Positions 20,622 to 28,321 of a stretch of 32,000 bases of DNA are shown here, one piece after another. Numbering within the stretch: the first letter of the stretch is position 1; each line of letters starts with the position of its first letter. The notes beneath the pieces were generated by a model. The model was not told where the DNA came from. It worked only from the letters and a program-made list of their open reading frames with translations, and searched no databases. A program made the position numbers and the translations under genes. The DNA is from Flavobacteriaceae bacterium (GTDB taxonomy: Bacteria > Bacteroidota > Bacteroidia > Flavobacteriales > Flavobacteriaceae): positions 3,600,001 to 3,632,000 of the forward strand of contig OZ245049.1 of the NCBI GenBank assembly GCA_965224465.1, written 5' to 3'.

Positions 20622-21818
20622 TTATAAGTTGATAATTTTTACTTTTTGTCCTTCCTTTACGCTACGTGCCCCTTCTTGAATTATTTCGTCACCAGCAGTT
20701 ATTCCTTCTAGAACTTCAATAATGTTTCCTTGAGTTCTTCCTGTTTTAATGATTATTTTTTTTGTTTTTGCAATGTTTTGATCTTGTTTGTCTGTAACTA
20801 CGTAAATGTATTGTTGTCCCGATGCGTTTTCAGAAACAATACTTTGTGGAATTAGTATTGCATTAGGATTTGTATAATCGTTTATTTTGAGTTTTGCGGT
20901 CAGGTTTGGCTTTATAGATTTATCTTTATTAGGGATCGCTACTTCAATTTTAAAGGTTCTGTTTGCTGGGTTTATAAAATTCCCTGCTTGTTTTACTTTG
21001 GCATCTAAAGTTGTTCCTAGTACGGGGAACTCTATTAAAACGTGTTTGTTTTTTGTAATGGTTGCAATGTATTTTTCGGGTACATCCGTTTCTATATACA
21101 TGTTGGATAGGTTGATGATGCGCATCAGTTTTGATTGCCCTGGTGCAACAACGCTTCCTTGTTCCGTAATAATGTCGTCAATAGTTCCAGAAAAAGGCGC
21201 TGTTACCCGTGTTCTAGCCAATTGTCTTTTTAGTTGAATTACGGCTTGCTTTTGAGCTTCAAAATTTGTTTTTGCTTGTAAATATTGAATTTCGCTTCCT
21301 ATTTTTTGATTCCACAGACGTTCTTGTCTATCAAAAATTGTTTTGGCAAGTTTCGTGTTTATTTTTAATTGAGTTACTTGTTGCGCTAAGCCTCCATCAT
21401 CTATAATAGCAAGCAGTTGTCCTTTTCTAACAAATTGACCTTCTTTTACTAAAACATTGATTAAAGTCCCTGAATATTCTGGGTAAATAATTAAGTTATT
21501 CTTAGTATTAACATTTCCTTGTAATTCTAAATAGTGTGTGAATTCTTCTGTTTTTGCTTTAAATGTAGTGATTAAGGCGATGCGTTTGGTGGTGTCTAGT
21601 GCGTCTATTATAATATCTAATCTCTTGATGTCAGTGATTAATAGTTGTTGTTTTGCTACAATTTCTTTCCTCTTTTTTTGTATGCTGCTCAGGTTGTTAG
21701 AAGCGATTATGTCTTCTATGCTAGCTTCTTTTTCCTTGTTGTTTCCACAAGAAATAATGAATGCCGAAAGGCTCAATAGCACTATGAATTTTTTTGTGGT
21801 AATGGTATATGTCTTCAT
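20622..21818 (-). CDS. RND periplasmic adaptor (membrane fusion protein), lipoprotein
   Basis: HlyD/MFP pattern: coiled-coil, then a beta-barrel region (VTAPFSGTIDDI). I prefer the ATG at 21818 (MKTYTITTKKFIVLLSLSAFIISC|GN lipobox) to the track start at 21851, which would overlap the TolC-like gene by 29 nt. Confidence 0.85.
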   Translation of the reverse strand: MKTYTITTKKFIVLLSLSAFIISCGNNKEKEASIEDIIASNNLSSIQKKRKEIVAKQQLLITDIKRLDIIIDALDTTKRIALITTFKAKTEEFTHYLELQGNVNTKNNLIIYPEYSGTLINVLVKEGQFVRKGQLLAIIDDGGLAQQVTQLKINTKLAKTIFDRQERLWNQKIGSEIQYLQAKTNFEAQKQAVIQLKRQLARTRVTAPFSGTIDDIITEQGSVVAPGQSKLMRIINLSNMYIETDVPEKYIATITKNKHVLIEFPVLGTTLDAKVKQAGNFINPANRTFKIEVAIPNKDKSIKPNLTAKLKINDYTNPNAILIPQSIVSENASGQQYIYVVTDKQDQNIAKTKKIIIKTGRTQGNIIEVLEGITAGDEIIQEGARSVKEGQKVKIINL

Positions 21819-21822
21819 TGTT

Positions 21823-23166
21823 TTAATTCTTTGTTTGGTTGTTTGATGCATTGTCTAATGCTGCTTTTTTTGTGATAAGATCTAGCATTGCTTGTAGGTA
21901 TTCGTTTTGTGAGGAATACAATTGTAATTGTGCTTGTCGTAGCTCAAAACTAGAATTGATACCTTCTGTGAATTTAATATTGTTTTTATGTTCAATGCGT
22001 TCGGCTAAAGCTAGGTTTTTCTGTGCAGTACCATAGCTTTCTATACTAAATTGGTAATCGCTTTTGGCGCGATTAATCTGGAGTTGGATTTCTTGAGATT
22101 TTTGAACCAAGTTTTCTTCCGATTTGTCTAGGTTTATTTTGGCACGTTTTGTAGCGGCTGTTCTTCCTAGTGAGCTAAAAATGGGTACGTTTAGTTTGAT
22201 TCCCAATAAGGATGATCCCAACCATTTTTGATCTTTTCTTGTAAATTCAAAAGAATCTCCATATCCAGCATAAGACCCATTAATAAATGCTGATAGGGTA
22301 GGTAATGCCTTGCTTTTTTCTAGTTTCCATAAAAGTTGGTTGGAGACTTTTTGATTGTTTGCAATTTTATAATCGATGGTGTTTTCTACAATCGTATTAG
22401 TATCAAGCGCAGAAAGGTCTGTAAATGAGGAGGCTATTTCGGACAACGTTTCGGATAAAACAATAGGACTTGCAATCTCTTTTCCTAAAGTGATGTTTAA
22501 AAATTTCTTTGATAAACCTACCATTCTCTCAACATTACGTAAGCTATTTGTAATCGTAGACAGCGTAATTTGTAGTTGTTCAACGTTCTCTTGTTCTGTC
22601 AATCCGTTTTTAAATGTTTCTGTAGTTTCGAATAATGTTTTTTGTAGATTTTTTTTGTTTTTCTTTAATATTAAGACGCTTTCTTGTGCTAGTAATACAT
22701 TGCCATAGGCATTTATAACTGCTTTTCGTACTTCTAAATCAGTTTTTGTTTTGGCGTTTTTAGAAATTTCTAAAAACACTTTTGCTGATTGGAGACCTAC
22801 TAAATAAGAACCGTCAAAAAGTAATTGTGTTAGCGTGGCTGTAGCTGTCATGCTTTCTTTTGTTCCAAAAGAGGCTTCTATGTAGTCTCCTGGTTTACCG
22901 CCGAAAAATTCAGCAGGTAATAATTGAATTTGCTGTTGTAGCCAGTGGTTGTAAGATATGTCGGCATTTATTTGAGGAAGTCCAGTGGCAGTAGTTTCCC
23001 ATTTTCGTTGGAAAGCGGCATCAATATCTCTACGAGCGTTTTTGCTAGTTCTATTGTGTTCTAATGCGTAGTTTATGGCTTGTTCTAAGGTGAAACTCTG
23101 TGAGTTTTGTGCTGTAATTATACCTGTAAAAGTAAAAAACAGCAGGGATAGTATTTTAAATTTCAT
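21823..23166 (-). CDS. TolC-family outer-membrane efflux channel
   Basis: 447 aa. Signal peptide MKFKILSLLFFTFTGIITAQ. Two OEP repeats (LEQAINYALEHNRT...; ...QAQLQLYSSQNEYLQAMLDL). Confidence 0.85.
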   Translation of the reverse strand: MKFKILSLLFFTFTGIITAQNSQSFTLEQAINYALEHNRTSKNARRDIDAAFQRKWETTATGLPQINADISYNHWLQQQIQLLPAEFFGGKPGDYIEASFGTKESMTATATLTQLLFDGSYLVGLQSAKVFLEISKNAKTKTDLEVRKAVINAYGNVLLAQESVLILKKNKKNLQKTLFETTETFKNGLTEQENVEQLQITLSTITNSLRNVERMVGLSKKFLNITLGKEIASPIVLSETLSEIASSFTDLSALDTNTIVENTIDYKIANNQKVSNQLLWKLEKSKALPTLSAFINGSYAGYGDSFEFTRKDQKWLGSSLLGIKLNVPIFSSLGRTAATKRAKINLDKSEENLVQKSQEIQLQINRAKSDYQFSIESYGTAQKNLALAERIEHKNNIKFTEGINSSFELRQAQLQLYSSQNEYLQAMLDLITKKAALDNASNNQTKN

Positions 23167-23170
23167 TGCT

Positions 23171-23773
23171 TTATTTTCTGTTGTCTAATTGTTTTTTTAG
23201 TTCTTGAAGTCCTTTATTTGTAGCTATAGCACGGGTGTGATACTCTAGTACTGGGAATTCGTGGGTTGTCGGTTTTTCTTTTTTAAAAATTTCATGTTCA
23301 TGAATATTCATGACTAGTATAAAGTAGTATTTAATAGTTCCATGTATATCAATACCGGAACGATATAGACCTTCAGAAATACCGCGCTGTAAGTTGCCAT
23401 TCATGAAATTTTCGAAATTTCGAAATTCGTTTTTTACGTGTTTTCTATATGTTTTAGGATAATATTTGTTTAATTGGTACATTGGAAGCTCCTTGGTTTC
23501 TGTAAAAATATTTTTAAAAATTGTAGTAATCTCAAAATTTTCTTCAATGGCATTGTACCCTTTTTCTCTTATGTTAGAAATCATATCAAAAACTTGAGAT
23601 TGGAAAAACTCCGTAGAAGCGTCAACAAGGGCGTTCTTGTTTTTGAAACATTTATAGAGTGTTTTTTTCGAGATAGCCAATGCATTGGCGATGTCGTCCA
23701 TTGTTACACACTTGTATCCAAATTTTAAGAAAAGGTCACATGATTTTTTTAAAATCGGTTCTTTCATTTTCAT
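23171..23773 (-). CDS. TetR/AcrR-family transcriptional regulator, first gene of the efflux operon
   Basis: 200 aa. N-terminal HTH FGYKCVTMDDIANALAISKKTLYKCF. Confidence 0.85.
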   Translation of the reverse strand: MKMKEPILKKSCDLFLKFGYKCVTMDDIANALAISKKTLYKCFKNKNALVDASTEFFQSQVFDMISNIREKGYNAIEENFEITTIFKNIFTETKELPMYQLNKYYPKTYRKHVKNEFRNFENFMNGNLQRGISEGLYRSGIDIHGTIKYYFILVMNIHEHEIFKKEKPTTHEFPVLEYHTRAIATNKGLQELKKQLDNRK

Positions 23774-23793
23774 TTTTAATATATTCTATGGTG

Positions 23794-23840
23794 CAAAGGT
23801 ACGACGGAAACTTAAGAAACTCTAAAAGTTTCTTAAGTTT
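23794..23840 (-). promoter_or_regulatory. Promoter -7 box (TACCTTTG, 23801-23794) plus an adjacent perfect 14-bp inverted repeat (23808-23821 / 23827-23840). Candidate TetR operator.
   Basis: aaacttaagaaact-ctaaa-agtttcttaagttt: all 14 positions pair. Exact TAnnTTTG begins 6 nt downstream on the tetR strand, 20 nt before the ATG at 23773. Confidence 0.55.
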
Positions 23841-24064
23841 TATTAATTTAATATCTTGTTTCGGGTTCGATTTTTCGTGGAGCCGCCTCGAAATAGTGAA
23901 TAGTTTTCTTGAAATATTCTCCCTGTTTCATTGTTAAAATGGCTGTTGTTTAGGTAGTTAAAATCATTATTTATATGATGCTTTTATGGGCTGTTTGCTT
24001 GTTCTTATAAAGGGGGGTGAACATATATGTGTTTTGATAATGGTTTTCTTGAGAGAATTAATGC

Positions 24065-24165
24065 CAGATACATTTCCAAGTGACGGTTTAGAAATTGAAT
24101 TATTTTTTAACAAGGCTTGAACGTAAAACAAACTATTTATATTGGTTATTTTGGATTGTAATTGG
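24065..24165 (-). repeat. Copy B of the bipartite intergenic repeat. Block 2 is 24065-24106 and block 1 is 24122-24165, separated by only 15 nt.
   Basis: The reverse complement aligns to 313-356 and 425-466 (see copy A). Confidence 0.65.
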
Positions 24166-24437
24166 TGTAAATATGCTAAAACTTTGTTTTTTTTCTAAAA
24201 AAACAAAACAATGACTATGGGTATTCTTCTGTTTTCTATCTATATAAGCTAAAAAACAGCTTTTTTTTAATTGGATTTGGTGCTCTATATTTTAAACAGT
24301 CATTTTGAATTCATTTATAGTTTTGTTTTGAAACTGTATTTTTTGCTTCTGTTTATGATGAAGCTGCTCAAGTTTTAGTGTGTTATTCTTGGTTAAAATC
24401 GGCTTGATTGGTGTATTTTTACGGAAAATTTTTAAAG

Positions 24438-25412
24438 ATGCAACTAATTGATGATTTTAGAGCGGAGTTTTTAACATACTTAGGTAAAAAAAACACGACG
24501 CGTAGGCCGGAAAATTTATACAATCCTATTCAATATATTTTAGGCTTAGGAGGAAAGAGATTGAGACCTGTATTAACACTTCTTACTTGTGAAATGATGG
24601 GAGGTAATTCTAAAGAGGCATTGGATGCTGCTTTGGCGATTGAGATTTTTCATAATTTTTCTTTGATACACGATGATATTATGGACGATGCCTCTATACG
24701 TAGAGGGATGGAAACTGTGCATGAAAAATGGGATCTGAATACAGGGATTTTATCGGGTGATGCTATGATGATTATTGCCTATCAATGCTTTGAGGTGTAT
24801 GAAGCAAAGAAATTTAAGAAGTTGTCTCAGCTTTTTAGTAAAACAGCGTTGGAGGTTTGTGAAGGGCAGCAGTTTGATATCGATTTTGAAAAAAGAAATG
24901 ACGTTACGATCGAAGAGTATTTGGAAATGATCAAGTTAAAAACTTCGGTATTGGTTGCGGCGGCAATGAATATGGGGGCTATTGTTGCGGGTGCTGCTGA
25001 TAAAGATATGCAGAAAATTTATGATTTTGGATTGCATTTAGGCTTGGCATTTCAGTTGCAAGACGATTATTTAGATACGTTTGGTGATGTAGCAACATTT
25101 GGGAAGCAAATAGGCGGGGATATTTTAGAAAATAAAAAAACCTATCTGTACTTAAAAGCTTTTGAGAATGCTTCGGATGCTGAAAAAAAACGCTTAGAGG
25201 AGTTGTTTAAAATAGAAGACAGATCTGATGCTGCAAAAATTGCAGAAGTAACACAGCTGTTTTTAAAAACTGGTGCAGATAAAGAAACCTTAACAGCTAT
25301 AGAAACGTATACTAAATTGGCATTTGAAGATTTGAATGCGTTGTCCGTGTCCAAGGAGAATAAGAATGTATTAAAGAATTTCGGACTTGAATTAATGCAA
25401 CGCCAGTCTTAA
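24438..25412 (+). CDS. Polyprenyl diphosphate synthase (FPP/GGPP synthase family)
   Basis: First and second Asp-rich motifs HDDIMDD and QDDYLD, plus GKRLRP. ATG at 24438 (MQLIDDF...) preferred to the non-ATG track start at 24408. Confidence 0.85.
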   Translation: MQLIDDFRAEFLTYLGKKNTTRRPENLYNPIQYILGLGGKRLRPVLTLLTCEMMGGNSKEALDAALAIEIFHNFSLIHDDIMDDASIRRGMETVHEKWDLNTGILSGDAMMIIAYQCFEVYEAKKFKKLSQLFSKTALEVCEGQQFDIDFEKRNDVTIEEYLEMIKLKTSVLVAAAMNMGAIVAGAADKDMQKIYDFGLHLGLAFQLQDDYLDTFGDVATFGKQIGGDILENKKTYLYLKAFENASDAEKKRLEELFKIEDRSDAAKIAEVTQLFLKTGADKETLTAIETYTKLAFEDLNALSVSKENKNVLKNFGLELMQRQS

Positions 25413-25756
25413 TGAAAGTTCAAAATACATTGCAATTATTAGAAACTGTTCAGCAAGAGAATGCCTTGGTTAAAGTTATTGAACAGTTGAATAAAGACAT
25501 GTATATGGCAGCGTTGGATATTGAGTTTCCTACGGATATAAGCCCTGCTTCTTTAGTTGATAATTTGCAGGTACACGTAGAATTATTGCTGTATAAACAA
25601 TATGATGATTATCTTAACTTTATGTATCGTGTAGACGTACAAGAAGCCGATTTATTAAAGTTAAACGGACTTTTACCTAAAGATTTAATCAAAGAAATCA
25701 CTTTTTTGATTTTAAAAAGAGAATGGCAAAAAGTATATTTTAGAAGTAAATTCTAA
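25412..25756 (+). CDS. Hypothetical 114-aa protein; its start codon overlaps the polyprenyl synthase stop (TAATG)
   Basis: TAATG stop/start overlap at 25410-25414. No family recognised. Confidence 0.5.
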   Translation: MKVQNTLQLLETVQQENALVKVIEQLNKDMYMAALDIEFPTDISPASLVDNLQVHVELLLYKQYDDYLNFMYRVDVQEADLLKLNGLLPKDLIKEITFLILKREWQKVYFRSKF

Positions 25757-26246
25757 AGATAGGTGATAAAGCTGATGGGTAAATACTCTTTACCTTGTCA
25801 TACATCAAATCATAGCGCAGTCCAATAGACATGTTTTTTTGTCTGTAAGCGACTCCTACATATAAAGCATCATTCCAATAGTCTTGCGAGGTGTAATTAA
25901 GAAGGCCTCGCTTTATTTTTAAACGTTCGTATTCTCCTGAAAATTGTAATCCATCAATCGGGTTTGCTAAAGCGATTAGCCCGCCGCCGTATACATTGGA
26001 TGTTTGGTTGGAGGATTTGTTCTTAGAGTATAGGTAGGTAGCATTGATACCTGCGCTAAAAATAGGTGAAATATCATAAATAACACTTGGGGAAATGGCA
26101 ATTGTGCTATATCCACTTCCTAAACCAATATTAAATCCACCTCCAAAATGAAACCCGTCAGTAAAAGTCTTAGCCGTATTTTGAGCTTGAATACTTAAGA
26201 ATGAAATACTTAAAAATGCAATAAGAAATGGGATGCTGTTTTTCAT
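25740..26246 (-). CDS. Small outer-membrane beta-barrel protein (unknown function)
   Basis: Signal peptide MKNSIPFLIAFLSISFLSIQAQ. Alternating amphipathic strands. C-terminal aromatic residue (..FRIYF). Confidence 0.6.
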   Translation of the reverse strand: MKNSIPFLIAFLSISFLSIQAQNTAKTFTDGFHFGGGFNIGLGSGYSTIAISPSVIYDISPIFSAGINATYLYSKNKSSNQTSNVYGGGLIALANPIDGLQFSGEYERLKIKRGLLNYTSQDYWNDALYVGVAYRQKNMSIGLRYDLMYDKVKSIYPSALSPIFRIYF

Positions 26247-26296
26247 AATTTTAATTTTTCACTAAGGTAAAAAAAAATAAATTTCTAGGGCAAAAA

Positions 26297-26329
26297 CATT
26301 GTGTGTATTACAAAATAGTCTTAATATTG
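26297..26329 (+). promoter_or_regulatory. Candidate tRNA promoter (ATTG-N21-TAATATTG)
   Basis: Near-consensus -7 box (one mismatch to TAnnTTTG) 23 nt upstream of tRNA position 1, with a TTG at -33 spacing. Confidence 0.3.
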
Positions 26330-26352
26330 CAGTCTTAAATGGAAGTTTAAGC

Positions 26353-26426
26353 GGTCCTATAGCTCAGCTGGTTAGAGCACCTGACTCATAATCAGGGGGT
26401 CCATGGTTCGAGCCCATGTGGGACCA
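26353..26426 (+). tRNA. tRNA with CAT anticodon: elongator Met or lysidine-dependent Ile2. Not an initiator.
   Basis: The 74-nt cloverleaf folds by hand. Acceptor ggtccta/tgggacc (one G-U). D stem gctc/gagc. Anticodon stem cctga/tcagg with loop cTCATAa. T arm catgg-ttcgagc-ccatg. Discriminator A. No encoded CCA. No C1:A72 mismatch and no 3xG-C anticodon stem, so not tRNA-fMet. Confidence 0.9.
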
Positions 26427-26432
26427 CAAGAC

Positions 26433-26469
26433 AAAGCCTTATGAACAGTACGTTCGTAAGGCTTTTTTA
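26433..26469 (+). terminator. Rho-independent terminator after the tRNA
   Basis: 13-bp stem aagccttatgaac / gttcgtaaggctt (one G-T wobble) with a 5-nt loop, followed by T6. Confidence 0.75.
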
Positions 26470-26601
26470 TTGGTCTTTGGTTTTTTTCTAGTGTCTTTTA
26501 AATTTTCTTTTTATACCCTTATTACGTAAGTTTGAGGAAGTAACTGTAACTAATTTTTGAATTGGTTACAGTAAAACACATTGAATGAAGGCGGGAATTA
26601 A

Positions 26602-26925
26602 ACTCAATACAAACAAAAACTACAAGGCTGGATCTCCTCTTATAAACGAGATAAAATATCACACACCTTTTATAAAAGAATGTGTAGAGAAAGACACTAC
26701 TTATTTATATTTCTTTTTCTAGAACAGGTACCTGCGGACAACAATGCCTCCGAGAGAGCAATCCGTAATATAAAAGTGAAACAAAAAATATCAGGACAGT
26801 TTAAAAAAGAAGAGACTGCGCAAAATTTCGCCAAAATAAGATCCGTTATTGACACTACTATCAAAAATGGAATGAATGTATTGGACAGTCTAGCTATTAT
26901 CGCTAAATTTGAAACTCAAATTTAA
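26602..26925 (+). pseudogene. C-terminal remnant (~85-100 codons) of an IS66-family transposase
   Basis: ...YLFIFLFLEQVPADNNASERAIRNIKVKQKISGQFKKEETAQNFAKIRSVIDTTIKNGMNVLDSLAIIAKF matches the conserved IS66 TnpC C-terminus (P.DNN.sER.iR...k.rK...g). The frame opens only at 26602, against ~500 aa for an intact protein. Confidence 0.7.
26881..26911 (+). promoter_or_regulatory. Candidate outward-reading promoter inside the IS66 remnant (TTG-N20-TAAATTTG)
   Basis: Exact TAnnTTTG at 26904-26911, with TTG at 26881-26883 at consensus spacing. The -7 box ends 37 nt upstream of the peptide ATG at 26949. Confidence 0.4.
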
Positions 26926-26948
26926 GACTGATTAGTTACGATTATATT

Positions 26949-27247
26949 ATGAAACTAAAAAAGTTGAAGTTAAATAATTTCGAAGCGGTAAGCAACGAAG
27001 AGTTATTATCACAAAGAGGGAGCAAGGTGGCTATGAAGGTATGTGTGAAGGTGATTTAGATCCATGGGGTAACCCACTTAGTCAGGATGACGTTGTTGTT
27101 GAAGGTACCAGTAATGATGAAAATTGTGTCATATGTGTAACTAATGAAAATGAAGCAACGCATCCTCGTCCAGCCCGTTCTCATCTTTTAAATTGGATTC
27201 TAAACCATTATCATGACGATGAGTGTCCTCAGAACCCATACAATTAG
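26949..27247 (+). CDS. Double-glycine-leader peptide precursor split between two frames. Leader frame 26949-27059; GG + Cys-containing acidic core frame open 26978-27247.
   Basis: Frame A reads MKLKKLKLNNFEAVSNEELLSQRGSKVAMKVCVKVI*. Frame B reads ...TKREQGGYEGMCEGDLDPWGNPLSQDDVVVEGTSNDENCVICVTNENEATHPRPARSHLLNWILNHYHDDECPQNPYN*. The frames overlap, and a 1-nt change near 27012-27016 (caaag) would join them. Confidence 0.45.
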
Positions 27248-27263
27248 TTGTTATTAATTTTCG

Positions 27264-27295
27264 CCTTAGGTTAATCATACATAAGGTTTTTTTTT
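27264..27295 (+). terminator. Hairpin + T9 between the peptide gene and CPBP gene 1 (terminator/attenuator-like)
   Basis: Stem cctta(g)g / c(a)taagg (5 bp, one mismatch, 1 bp) with a 9-nt loop, then T9 at 27287-27295. The CPBP ATG lies 9 nt later. Confidence 0.4.
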
Positions 27296-27304
27296 GAATA
27301 AATC

Positions 27305-28075
27305 ATGAAAAAAAAATACAAAATTATACTTTTTGCCGTTTTGTTTTTAGTTGTTGTACAAGTTTCAAATCTAGTAATTTTTTTAATTTTGAAAAGATTT
27401 GGAATTCTAGAATCTCAAAAATGGCTTTCAATAATTATCCATTTACCTATACTAACAATGTTAATTGGTTCAGTTTTAGTACTAAAAGTGTATGAAATTA
27501 ACTTGAATTTTGAACTGAAATCTTTGTCTTACACTAAAATTAGTGTGTTACTTTTTGTGTTTATATGCTGCTTTGTTTTTAGCTTTTTATATGAAATGCT
27601 TCTAAATATTGGAAGTGGAAAATTGTTTTTCATCAAGCTAATTATGCCAAAACTATCTTGGAGTAAGTTTTCATACTTTTTAATTGTACTAATTATAGGT
27701 CCAGTTGTTGAGGAGGTTTTATACAGAAGAATAATTTTTGTAAAACTTAAAAAGCATTATAGCCTATTGGTGAGTGTTTTAATAAGTAGTATTCTTTTTT
27801 CTGTATTTCACATGGATATTAACAATCTAGTCCCTGCTTTTATTGCTGGTATATTTTTTGCATATGTTTACCATATTACAAAATCCTTAACTGTAGTTAT
27901 AGTTTTTCATTCACTAGACAATCTAATGATTAATTTTGCTACAACAACCAAGGTGAATTTTGAGCCTATCGTATTTGTACTTTATTTGACAATGTTTATG
28001 ATGGCTTTTGTTGGCTTGATTTTTGGGTTTAAAAAACTTCAAAAACTTTACAATGTTAAAAATGAATTAGAGTAG
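27305..28075 (+). CDS. CPBP-family (CAAX protease / bacteriocin self-immunity, Abi) intramembrane metalloprotease, copy 1
   Basis: 256 aa, polytopic. All three family motifs present: EExxxR (EEVLYR), FxxxH (FSVFH) and HxxxN (HSLDN). Confidence 0.85.
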   Translation: MKKKYKIILFAVLFLVVVQVSNLVIFLILKRFGILESQKWLSIIIHLPILTMLIGSVLVLKVYEINLNFELKSLSYTKISVLLFVFICCFVFSFLYEMLLNIGSGKLFFIKLIMPKLSWSKFSYFLIVLIIGPVVEEVLYRRIIFVKLKKHYSLLVSVLISSILFSVFHMDINNLVPAFIAGIFFAYVYHITKSLTVVIVFHSLDNLMINFATTTKVNFEPIVFVLYLTMFMMAFVGLIFGFKKLQKLYNVKNELE

Positions 28076-28118
28076 TTTGCTTATTTTATTCGATTCATGC
28101 GGGTGTTTAAATTTGTGA

Positions 28119-28256
28119 GTGAAAATTTATAACAAGCGGATAGGTTTTGAGTGGTTGATAGGAGTACAGTATACCGAGTTTGGTAAATATTTACTTGGAT
28201 TGAATCATGCTGATGGATGTCCAGATAACGAACCATTAGTGCAAATTATCACCTAA
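28119..28256 (+). pseudogene. Degraded 3' remnant of a second peptide gene (paralogue of the 27041-27247 tail)
   Basis: The open frame ...GKYLLGLNHADGCPDNEPLVQIIT* has no usable start codon. It aligns with SHLLNWILNHYHDDECPQNPYN* of the first peptide (LL..LNH.D..CP.N) and occupies the same position relative to the CPBP gene. Confidence 0.4.
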
Positions 28257-28305
28257 GTAATCATTAATGGTTACCGAGCTAATCAAACCTTAGGTGATTT
28301 TTTTT
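28248..28305 (+). terminator. Hairpin + T8 upstream of CPBP gene 2
   Basis: Perfect 10-bp stem atcacctaag / cttaggtgat with a 31-nt loop, followed by T8. The left arm includes the remnant's stop codon. Confidence 0.45.
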
Positions 28306-28321
28306 AAAATAAAATGAGAAT

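Noticed and set aside
23680-23937. 85-aa ORF spanning the tetR start and its promoter region.
   Set aside because: It overlaps the tetR N-terminus in antisense and covers the palindrome/promoter. No motifs. More parsimoniously non-coding.
26428-26600. Integrase-type att site (a direct repeat of the tRNA 3' end) defining a classical genomic island.
   Set aside because: No integrase gene and no second copy of the tRNA 3' segment could be found in the window by eye. The region looks like IS-mediated scrambling rather than a discrete integrated element. The distal boundary may lie outside the window.
27041-27247. The 68-aa ORF taken at face value as a stand-alone cytoplasmic protein starting at ATG 27041.
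   Set aside because: It has no signal or leader of its own. The frame is open upstream through a GG motif, and a canonical GG-type leader sits in the overlapping frame 90 nt upstream. It is better explained as the core part of a split precursor (see findings).
27308-27316. A9 tracts right after the ATG of both CPBP genes (27308-27316 and 28325-28333), with T8-T9 tracts just upstream, as possible slipped-strand phase-variation switches.
   Set aside because: MKKK N-termini encoded by A-runs are very common in low-GC Bacteroidota, and the T-runs are explained as hairpin-associated U-tracts. There is no evidence of length heterogeneity in a single sequence. Worth only a glance at read pile-ups.
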